Shown: positions 1 to 10,380 of the stretch, piece after piece
Position numbering within the stretch: position 1 is the first letter of the stretch
Layout: each line of letters starts with the position of its first letter
NCBI RefSeq assembly: GCF_006345805.1
Contig: NC_042998.1
Coordinates: 130,696,001 to 130,760,000 of the forward strand
DNA: 64,000 nucleotides
Direction: 5' to 3'
DNA from: Octopus sinensis
Taxonomy: Eukaryota
The notes under the pieces: model-generated
The model's database searches: none
Told to the model about the DNA's origin: nothing
Seen by the model: the letters and a program-made list of their open reading frames with translations, nothing else
Program-made: the position numbers and the translations under genes

Positions 1-2835
1 TGGATGTTGCGATATGGCAGTGATTGGGAAACGAACAGAGCAGAAATAGTTACTGTCGTGTAGAAATTCAGTTTCGAGGCGAGAAAGAGGCCAAGTGTAT
101 TTGAAGTGTGTGTCATTTTGGGATGTGATTACAGGATGAAACAAATTAATATAAAATGTTAAGAAATGTAAAGGTTTTGGCATACGCAGTACTGTGAGAT
201 ATTTAAAGTCACCGAGGACCAAGAAGAGAGAGTGTATAAGTAAGGTGTATGTTCTGAATGCATGAGATATGTTCAAAGAATTGTTTCGATAAGTTCGATG
301 CATTTGGTAATGCTAAGTATAAGATTCCGAGGTAGAATATCTAGAAGTCGATATTGTTGCAGTCGAGGCCAGAGGTGAATGAAAAGTATATTTTGTTTTT
401 GTTGCTCTAGTGTATGTTGCTGATGATGTTATTGCCTCTGCCAATGCTGCCGTTGCTATTTCTCTTGTCGGTATCGCAGCCGTTGGTATTTTCCATTTTC
501 TTTTGCTCTAGCAAAAAAAGAATATAAAATAGAATGCATATTTCTGGTTTTTATTTTTAATTTTCTTTTCCCCTTCCTTTGTTCTTTAGAGTCAACCTAC
601 GTTCAACATTATGTGTGCTACAAAGCCTCGTATAATTTTTTAGCTTGCGCCAGGTTTATTTTATTCCTGATTGTAATGTTTGCTGTGTCTATTGTTATGC
701 TTTTTCCGTTTGTGTTATTTATTTTTCAATCTGTGGGCATATTTTTTCACATGTTTGTATCAGGTGGAGAGTGTATATCTCTTTACAATAGACTTTCACC
801 TACTCTGGCTTGCACTTCTTCCCGTCCCTCCATTAAACCATGCTATTGTGTATTTCAAATAAAAGCTGTTTACACAATATCAGAATAGAAAATTGTTTAA
901 AATTTTCCAGGTCTAACTGTTCTTTTCACTACAAGCTAAATAAGATGATTGTTGGAATGATCCGATGTTTTCTTATAGATAATAACTCAACCGTAACCCT
1001 CACCATTGAGTATTAATAATGTTTTAACAAGTGAAAATTAATTTTTGAAAAAATCATGTGCATTGATTTAACTTAAAGTCATCAAATAGAATATATTCAA
1101 TGAAATTCATGAAGGTTCACTTCAACCATCCATATAAACTACAATTCCTTGTAAGAATATTTTGTCGTCAATTATTCCGTATGGACAAAGTTATTTATGC
1201 TGGAAGGAAAAGTGTGGGCTTAATGCAGTTAACAAGTAATTGAATGGTTACCTTCAGATCGCGCATAAAGTCTGTTCTTAGGAGGGTTATAAATAATATA
1301 TAATATATGAAGTCAGAAAAGTGAAAAACATTTGCACAACGGTAACGTCGTATTTTAAGAATAGATGTTCCCGTTTAGGCCTGAGTTTAACGAAATGGTC
1401 TCCTATTTTCTCATCACAACTGTTGTGTCTAAACTTAAGGCGGCACACACCTTCCTATTTCAAGAAATCTCTTCTCAAAACTTTTGCCCACTGGAATATC
1501 TTCTCTGCTCAGATTTTCTCTGCTGGTGCTGAATTGCAAAGTTTGAAGAGAAACATTAATGAAAGTAAGCTCGTTTGCCGAGCATGGCCTGCAAGGTCCG
1601 TGGCATACGACCTTCTTATAGAAGTAGCAAATGAAAACATAAAATAACATGCGTACTTACACTTACACGCTCACAAACATACTAACAGGTAAATATAATA
1701 ACGTACAAAAAACGGAAGTCAAAGTTATTCGCATTTTTATTTTTACAATCTTTTCTTTATGACTCAAGTCAGCATTGCGTAATATATACAGATTCTCTCA
1801 AACAACTTGAAACTATTACCTACTGTTCCTGAATCAAAGAAGTTCCATATCGGATAATGTTTCAGCAACACATTTTAATTTCTGCGTCCCCATTCTTTTC
1901 TAAGAGGTTCTGCATGAAAGTGTTATGGCGTTGTATGCTATGACAGATCCGAATTTGCATCATCCAAAAAGCAAAATTTATTTTATATAACATATGGTTT
2001 TTAGGAGAAATCACATTGCATGCGTCATTGAATATCACTTTACACTATGAAAATATCTCGATTATGTTTTTATTTAGGTGTATTTGATTGACTAGTGTTT
2101 CTGACATCCAAATAAGAATGAGATTTGACAAGACAGACTTAGGAATGTTTTACTTGAGTCGAAAAGCTACGCTACGAATATCTACTCAAACGTATAAACA
2201 GCAAAGGCAGTAATTGCAGTGAAGGGAAGTTGTTATTTTTTGTTTTCTAAATGTATATCAAACAATGCAAAAAATATCTATAAATAATTGTAACATATAA
2301 TTGCACCTGCACACACGCATGCCTATAAATATATATATATATATATATTTCTTTATTTCTTTATTTATAATGGCGAATACATTCTATACATAAGCGAAGG
2401 TGCATTATAGAAATTTTGAACTTTTGCACTTGTCTGCAAAAGTTGTAGTAAAAATAAGTAATATAGCATCAACAATGCATAAAACATCTCTCGCAAACAT
2501 ATGTTTATAGATGACTGTATGTCTATCCCTATACCCCATATATGTATATACATATGTGTGCGTGTGTATGAATGTAAGTATGGACGAATGAAAATATACG
2601 CATAGATAAGTGTGTAAGTATACACGAATTTACATAGTCTTTGAAAAATTTTGAATAAAGTTGCCAAGGGAACCAATTAATATAAGAACTAAATCAGTCT
2701 TTTCCAGGTTGAAACATATGAAAGGTTTCCTCGAGTCATACTGGGATTCTTCGAGGCACTATTCGTGGCTTAAAAGAAAGGAGACAGCAACAGAGACAAG
2801 CCACGCTTAATCTATACACATTTAGAGATATATTC

Positions 2836-2866
<31 letters not shown>

Positions 2867-3200
2867 TGTATGTATGTATGTATGTATGTATGTGAGTGTA
2901 ATCATATATATATATGTGTGTATGTGTGTTTGTGTGTTTGTTTGTGCCTATTTATACATTTCTACACGCACGCACACACACATATATATGTATATATATT
3001 TTGTAGGGAAAGTAAGGCGTTATCGCTGTATGATCATTCTCTTTGAAGAATGTATAAGAGGCAATATGTTGACGAACGACTTCTATGCTTCAAACTTGTA
3101 AGGGGAAGTTTACTTTAGTACTTTGAGGGAGATTGGAAGATAAATAATTTATGTTTGTGTGTATTAGCAAGGTGGCTTAGTGAGTTTCTTAAAGTTTACT

Positions 3201-3253
<53 letters not shown>

Positions 3254-3523
3254 TTGTTTGTGTGTGTGTGTGTGAATGTGTATTTATAAATATATATCAG
3301 CGTCGATTTGTAAGCTATAATATGATAGAGGTGAGTATATGCTCATTCATCTTCCTTCAGTTGCAATAAGTATGGATCTTTTTCGCCGTGGTTGTCATAT
3401 TAACTGTTGATGTCGGTTTGCAGGCTATACGTATTACACATATATTCACGTGCGAACAGACAAAGACTTATATATGTATATGTACACATATATACACGCA
3501 CACACTCATATGTATGTAAATAC

Positions 3524-3600
<77 letters not shown>

Positions 3601-3650
3601 GTATATATATATATATATATGTATATATCCAAACTGAGAGCTATATATGC

Positions 3651-3896
3651 TTCCTAGCCATCAGATCCTCTGACGTAATAATTACTCAACGCAGGGTACT
3701 CAAGCCGAAGATACCTAAATTATATGAAGGTATAACTCAATCTCTTATGAAGGTATAGTTATATCATCGGCATGTTAAATAGGGTTTCCTCAACAACAAT
3801 GTGACCTTCATATAATTAAGGTACCTTCGGCCTGAGTAGCTAGGAGACTACCCCTCATTGAATAATTATTACATCAGAGGATCTGCTAGGTAGGAA
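3651..3896. repeat. Imperfect inverted repeat, arms about 80 and 93 bp
   Basis: 3651-3731 aligns with the reverse complement of 3804-3896 (blocks cagatcctctgaYgtaataattaYtcaa and gccgaagRtacctWaattatatgaaggt). The right arm has a 12-nt extra segment. Confidence 0.9.
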
Positions 3897-4214
3897 ACCC
3901 ATGTAACCTGGATTTATCTGTTCTAATCACTCAATTTGAATTTCTATTCGCATTCATAACAACCCTAGTTGCTAACCGTGAACTATATTTCTTTATCACC
4001 TTATCGTTCTTAGAAATGGGAAAAGCCTAATACGTTCGAAGCCAATAAATTGTTACTGGTCCTCAATGTTGTTTTATATCTACCACGACCTACTCAAAAC
4101 TTACAAACTTTCTACATTTAGATCCTTGGATCTTGCAATTACACACACATACACACACATATATATTCCGATGAGAAGATTTGGGATGTAAAGTCTGAAC
4201 GTACATAAGCTAGA

Positions 4215-5690
4215 AATCTTTATTATAGGCATATAGCCTGAATAGAGAGGGGACATAACAACACAAAACATGGGGTACCTATAACGAAATATGATTATGA
4301 AATGAAATATTTACAATGAATAGAATGGAATGGCTTACGAGCCCCCCAAAGCTCGCCGTTTCATTTTACTGTTTATGAATACAATTAAACTTATCCGGGG
4401 TATTCGTTCGTTATGTATTCTAGCAGTTGCTCCTGATCCATTACGCTGGGCAAACTGTCGTAACGTACATAGAGACTGATACACACAATAGTGCTCGGGA
4501 ATAAATCTGTTAATCTGTCCACTGTTTCATACTCCAACAATACTGCTTTCATTTCATGGCTATGCATTCCAGGGTTTAACTTCACTCTCATTAGCCCTTT
4601 CATTATGGCTTGTCTTTTTTCGATTTCTTTGTCTTTTAGGTAATACATTACTGCTCTAAAGTTCCTTCCCTTAAGTGTTCTTCCTTTTTTACAAGCTTCC
4701 AGACGTTCCTCCACCCTTTTTTAACTCTCTCGTCTTCAAGCCTTTTCCTTCATTTTCTTTCTCTATCTCCGCTCTGACGTCTCTCGTGAATTCCTCTAAG
4801 GTCATCTCTTCTTCATGTATTTCTCTTATAGGGCACATTGCCTTCATGTGCCCTCTGCTTTTACACTTGTAGCATACTGGAGGTCTCCCCCCACCATGAC
4901 TCTCAGTCGGGTCTCATCGAGGAGCACCAACTCCTCTGAGATGTTGTGCAAATCTGGCAGGGTTATGTGTATTAGTGCTTCTACTGCATAACCCCACCAG
5001 TTAATATCATTAGACTTCTCCACCTTGAGAATATCTGGCTCTTCCTTACAATTATATATAATTGCTGCTACCAGTCTTTCTATGTCCATTTCCGGTGGGA
5101 CCCTACTAATTCGAACTCTCGCCGCTCGCCTACAACAGTAAGTAGGTAGGAGTACCCACCTAGTTGTTCTTAATGCTGTTGTTGCATGTCTTCTTGCTAC
5201 TTCTTCGTTTTCGAAGCGTACTTCAATTGTGGCATACTTTCTCCCTCTAGTGTAGAAGGTGTTTCTATCCTTTATCTCTTCTAGACATTGTTCTATCTCC
5301 TTTATTTCTGCCACTTCAATTATGTTTTTGCTACATTACACGTTCTATATGTTATAATCCTTTTCTCAGCTTTTTGAACTGCAGCTATCGGCGGTGTGAT
5401 TCTTAGACAGTCTCCTTTTTAAAGCTGTCAAAATATTTTTTAAGATCCTCTTTTCCAATTTTCACTTCCTTCAGCTTTAATGCGTCGGGAGTCAGGCTTT
5501 TGCCTGCTGCTTTCGCGTAAGTCTCAGCTTGCACACCCAACAGTTGCAGCAGCAAAACAGTTCTCAAAAATTCAACAATTAATACAATGTACAAAATAAC
5601 AGTTTTCAACAACAATTTTCAACAACAAAATATAACTTACAATCTCATCACCGCGCGCTCTGAAAGACAAACACTCAACTTCCGAGGTGG
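4215..5690 (-). mobile_element. Non-autonomous non-LTR retroelement with only an ORF1/gag-like gene (L1/Tx1-like), boundaries approximate
   Basis: Frameshifted ORF1-like reading from about 5530 to 4391, then a short 3' UTR ending in AATAAA near 4220. No EN/RT coding sequence and no LTRs are visible. Confidence 0.65.
4391..5530 (-). pseudogene. Frameshifted ORF1p with RRM-like region and CCHC zinc knuckle
   Basis: Joining frames gives ETYAKAAGK...YATIEVRFENEE...RVRISRVPPEMD...GRPPVCYKCKSRGHMKAMCP (CX2CX4HX4C at 4833-4874)...EYPG*. Frameshifts include a G-run at 4887-4892 and an A-run near 4718. Confidence 0.8.
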
Positions 5691-6009
5691 AAATTTCTAC
5701 TCATATATATATTTCCATATGGACACCCATATATACGTGTATATGTATGTATTATCGCCCCTGCACATGTATATATATAAACCTTGTATACATACATACA
5801 TTCATACATACACACATACACACACGCATATATATATATATATATATATATATGCACGTATATAGACACTAATATAATTAAATGTCTGTGTTATTCGAGA
5901 ATGAAAGAGGAATTAGATAGGGATCAGGAGTTAAAATGTCGATTTATAAGGTTATTGTGATACCTAAGAGGTATAGTGGAAATATACAGTATGGTCATTT
6001 AGGCATTTG

Positions 6010-6511
6010 GATTTATGGTAGAATTAGAATGTGAAAAAGCGGTGGTTGTATGTGCTAGTACCTCCTTATGTTTATTTAGCAGTGCTGGAGAGTTGTTCTT
6101 TAATATGTGAAGTGCCTCCTTTAGGCAAAACTTGCATGTTGAGCGTTGACCTCGGTAGGGAATCCCTGAATCCAGTATGGACCATGATAGAGTATAGGGT
6201 ATATTTGTATTTTTGAGATGATGTATGTGGTTGGCGAGTGTAGTAGATTTACAATGTTTATCGTATCTAAAATAATGAAGGTGAGCGGCATATCATTGCT
6301 TAAAATGGGTCGTTGATCCTGTGTATATAACTGTAGAGTTGTGGAATAGATTAAGAACAGTGCATTTGTAATTTATATTATATCTCCTGCAATGGGTTTG
6401 TAACGGGCAGATGAAACGAACACTTAATCCAGCGACAAACGTATTGAAAATAACCGTTGACAGATATGTATGTATAAACGCCCTCGGGTAAGCTGCATGG
6501 CACGAGTGCAT
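6010..6511 (-). mobile_element. Penelope-like element 3' fragment: complete GIY-YIG endonuclease domain, inactivated
   Basis: Translates CPLQTHCRRYNINYKCTV...YTGSTTHFKQ*YAAH...STTLANHIHHLK...LSWSIL...CKFCLKEALHIL...LLNKHKEV. A TGA sits where the catalytic Arg is expected. Confidence 0.85.
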
Positions 6512-6699
6512 ACGCTCATAGAAGCATTAGCAAAAATGTGAGCATACGCACACGCGAGATTAAGCGCAATCATGATTGCAAAGCGAGTTAAATATTTAAT
6601 AGGTGTTTAGACGAAATGGGAAGTTAAAAGTAAATTTAAGTCATCCATACTTTAAAATAAGATAAAATAAAATTACGGTTACTCAAAGTTCATTCTCAC

Positions 6700-8910
6700 T
6701 GCATTGTGCGAAAGTACATTTATATGAGTGTAGGCATCTCGATAGTCTTTTAGAAATTCTATTAAATATTTTTTTTCGTTAGTCCGCAGAATAGTCAGTG
6801 ATTCCTCAGAGCAGCGACGGCATCTCCTGGAAATTGCACTGTATGCTTTTTGAATGTCTAACTATAGACCAAGTAATGTAGTATTTCGTATTAGCCTCTG
6901 TCAGTCGCCATATAAAATCTGACAAAGATGTCGAATGTCTCTTATAGAGACATATAGGGCCCTCTACTTGTGTGTACGGTACATTTGTATACAAAATTTA
7001 TATTCATACATTGATTAATCAAAGGACACTTTGATTTATCTCTTCATAAGTATTTCATGTTTTTATTTGTATATACAGCAGTCCTGACACCATTTAACGA
7101 CGTTGTTATCGTGCTAGCTGTACCATGAGTATTTCTACTATTACAAATTGGTCGAAGTTGATGATTATCAATGCAGTTTGCATCTCCTTGGTTGGCTTCT
7201 AGATGTAAAAACTTGCTAGATCCAGTAGGTGGGTTATTAAACCTTTGTCGCATTTTGCTATTGTTTTTCGATACTTAAGCTGTTCCAAATTAGCAGTGTT
7301 AGCGTAGGATACCTTTACGGTGTGCCGATTAAAAATAGCATGGTACCGATTGGACTCAAGAAAGCACTTCTCCAAAGCAGCAAAAAATTCTCCAGCTATC
7401 CTGGTTGAAACATGCAAACAGAAAATTGGGTTGAACCAGAGGGCATCCTGATTCCTATATCTGTTGTTAGCTTTATTTGATCTAGTGTGTTGTAGATGAT
7501 TGGAACAATCAGATGCATTACTATGTCGCATGTGTCTATGAATTTTCTTTGGTAGATCATTGACATGACCAATTCTTTCTAGCCTGTATTCTTTATCTGA
7601 GTGATTTCTCAAACGGTGACGTTGTGGTGGTATATGATGTGTTTCGCAGTTGTAGGAATTACCAGTGTTGCTTAAGCCAGCATCTTGTATATATTGAATT
7701 TTATTGTGGTACCCAGCCTTAGCTAGAACATCATTATAATAAGATGCATAAAATTCGAGAATTCACTCTGTAGTAATATTTAGTCCTAAATTTTTGAAAA
7801 GTCTAAAGAAATTTTTTCCTATGATTTTCTAACTGTGCTTTACTACTTCTGTCTACAAAAAATAAGGCATCATCCCAGTATAGAACCCCTGTTACTTCAG
7901 GAAAGGAAGACTGGATTAATGAAAGGATATTATTCCGACTAGGTCACTGACCTGAGCAGAGTCGTGCGAGCCGATTGCTATATCAAATGCATTTTCCCTA
8001 TCTAACCTACTCCATAATTTACCATCGAAACCTACTAAGGAGGCTAGCACTGCAAGAATATCTATTTCACGTCGGGCCAAATCGGAATATCAGGGCTTGA
8101 TTGAGAACGATCGGGTTGATAGCAGTATAATAGCTCTCTATTTCAAGTTGCAAGAAGAAGCTTGAACCATCCATCCATCCACCTCTTGTGTATCAGACTA
8201 GAGGGCTAATCTAATTTTAGACTTAAGGACGACTATTACCCTGTCAATGACACTTTTACTAATAATGCCTATATCGGATTTAGAAGGACAAATCAATCTA
8301 ACTGAGGGCTCGGTAAGAAAGTTAGGTTTATCGTTTTTAAGCAAAATCTGGGGTTTTCGGGGAACGTAGGGTTCTGTTCTGTCATCAATGGCTAGATCTT
8401 TGACGATTTGTAGCCCAGTATTGTTGATTCTCTTTAATACTTCATTACTAGCATGTCTATATTTGCTGCATAATTCCTTTCTAATTATAGACTTATATAG
8501 ATCAATAACAACAATGTAAATATTTCTTGTTTTGTCCGCTTGTACAAGTATCCCCGGAGCTTTCTTGAAGTCGACAAGTAATTTTGTGATTTTCTGCTGA
8601 TGTATATTACACCGTCTACGGTTCCTTTTTGAACTTTGTATTGACAATACTATATAATTAATTCTTCTTCAAATCTGGTTAGATGTTGGTTTGTCGGTGG
8701 GTTCCTTCTAGATTTGAATACTTTTTAGAAGATCACCATGTTCAGGTTCGTCGTTAGATTTAGATTTCTTGTCGAAAAAGAAAGCTTTCCACCGCATTCC
8801 ACGCAAAAATTGGTTCGTTTTCTCCAAGAGGCCCCGCATATATTATTGTCCGAAATACAATTGTAACTAGTTGGGGCGCTCACCAAACTGTTACACCTAA
8901 GCCACATATA
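6700..8910 (-). mobile_element. Degenerate Penelope-like element (RT + GIY-YIG)
   Basis: PLE motifs in order: FLRGMRWKAFFF (~8800), ADKTRNIY..RLICPSKSDIG (8647-8198), FDIAIGSHDSAQVSDLVG (~7990), LYWDD (~7875), WFNP..IFNRHTVKVSY (7612-7199), STSLSDFIWRL..ITWSIV..C..C (6994-6800). Many stops and frameshifts. Confidence 0.9.
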
Positions 8911-9193
8911 AATGATGATGCATAATACATGAATGTACTAGTTTAATGACAATAAATATATAATATTCTATTATAATGTTGCAAAATTGTAAAAATTGTA
9001 AAAATTGTACATAATAAAACGTGAAAATCAGAGTAGGTTGGAAATCCATTGATTAATATACTTTTCTATCCACAAACTTCAAATTAGGTTCTCTCTGTCT
9101 CTCTTTCTCTCTCTCTCTTTCTCTGTGGGCGTATATATATATATATATTCCACATCCTTTCGTTGTTGTCTTTTTGTTTTCTTGTTTGGATTA

Positions 9194-9230
<37 letters not shown>

Positions 9231-9240
9231 CCTCTTTTAC

Positions 9241-9643
9241 TCTTTTACTTGTTTCAGTCATTTGACTGCGGCCATGCTGGAGCACCGCCTTTAGTCAAGC
9301 AAATCGACCCCGGGACTTATTCTTTGTAAGCCCAGTACTTATTCTATCGGTCTCTTTTGCCGAACCGCTAAGTGACGGGGACGTAAACACACCAGCATCG
9401 GTTGTCAAGCAATGCTGGGGGGACAAACACAGACACACAAACATATATACACACACACTTATATATATATACATATATACGACAGGCTTCTTTCAGTTTC
9501 CGTCTACCAAATCCACTCACAAGGCATTGGTCGGCCCGGGGCTATAGCAGAAGACACTTGCCCAAGATGCCACGCAGTGGGACTGAACCTGGAACCATGT
9601 GGTTGGTTAGCAAGCTACTTACCACACAGCCACTCCTGCGCCT
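9241..9643 (-). mobile_element. Full-length tRNA-derived SINE (type A) with internal CA/TA microsatellite
   Basis: Pol III A box (tggctgtgtggt) and B box (ggttcagtccc) at the 9643 end, internal microsatellite 9425-9480, LINE-like tail ...ccagcatggccgcagtcaaatgactgaaacaagtaaaaga. (TA)n on both flanks. Confidence 0.9.
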
Positions 9644-9659
9644 ATATATATATATATGG

Positions 9660-9840
9660 AATTTACCAAAAAAAACGACAAAGACGGGTCTGTAAACAAC
9701 AAACTGATGTATTATTTTAACGGTCTAGAAGTGATAAAGTCTTTCATATTTCGAGCCTACGCTCTTAAATAGAAAGGGACACAGAAATAAACAGAGAGAA
9801 AATTGAAAAAAAAGGTTTAGTGGCTAGCGATCAATCATAC
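9660..9840 (-). mobile_element. PLE-type terminal module with degraded hammerhead
   Basis: Reverse strand ctttc-tatttaa-GAGC-gtag-GCTC-GAAA-tat-gaaag keeps stems I and II but the core is mutated. A related, internally deleted copy lies at 55172-55270. Confidence 0.6.
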
Positions 9841-9852
9841 CAAATATGTATA

Positions 9853-9945
9853 TAGTTTATTCAAATATTTATTTAATAGATGATAACCGGCTTATCAGTT
9901 AATTATGACTGTTATTGATGATGTTGTGATTTTGTCGATTAACTC
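9853..9945 (+). repeat. 93-bp segment duplicated at 11255-11347
   Basis: Direct near-identical copy; the only differences I see are gataaccggc versus gataacgaac. Confidence 0.9.
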
Positions 9946-9979
9946 TGTCTTCCCTTCTCTGGATCCTTCGTTCTCCTAT

Positions 9980-10014
9980 GTTTCCGACGAAGAGCTCCGC
10001 TCGAAACGTTAAAC
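9980..10014 (+). ncRNA. Minimal type I hammerhead ribozyme candidate (CCGACGA core variant)
   Basis: gttt(I)-CCGACGA-A-gagc tcc gctc(II)-GAAA-cg-UU-aaac(I'). Stem III is the palindromic ACGT typical of PLE minimal hammerheads. Confidence 0.6.
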
Positions 10015-10114
10015 CCCCCTTCTTCCCTTCTTTCTTGAGCGTCCAATAATACTATATTTGTTGCACGTCCTCGCGTTGTTGTGTTTTCTTTTTGTGTTTT
10101 CATGTTTGGATTAA

Positions 10115-10116
<2 letters not shown>

Positions 10117-10184
<68 letters not shown>

Positions 10185-10263
10185 GTATGTATATATATGT
10201 ATATGTACATCTATCTATATATATGTATGTATGTATATATATGTATATGTACATCTATCTATA

Positions 10264-10354
<91 letters not shown>

Positions 10355-10380
10355 ATATATATATATGTATATATATATAT
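10117..10380. repeat. Compound (TA)n/(TCTA)n microsatellite
   Basis: Visible directly. Confidence 0.95.

Noticed and set aside
1321-1650. Overlapping 108-aa and 71-aa ORFs with nearby splice-like sites
   Set aside because: No recognisable motif, and the length is within chance expectation.
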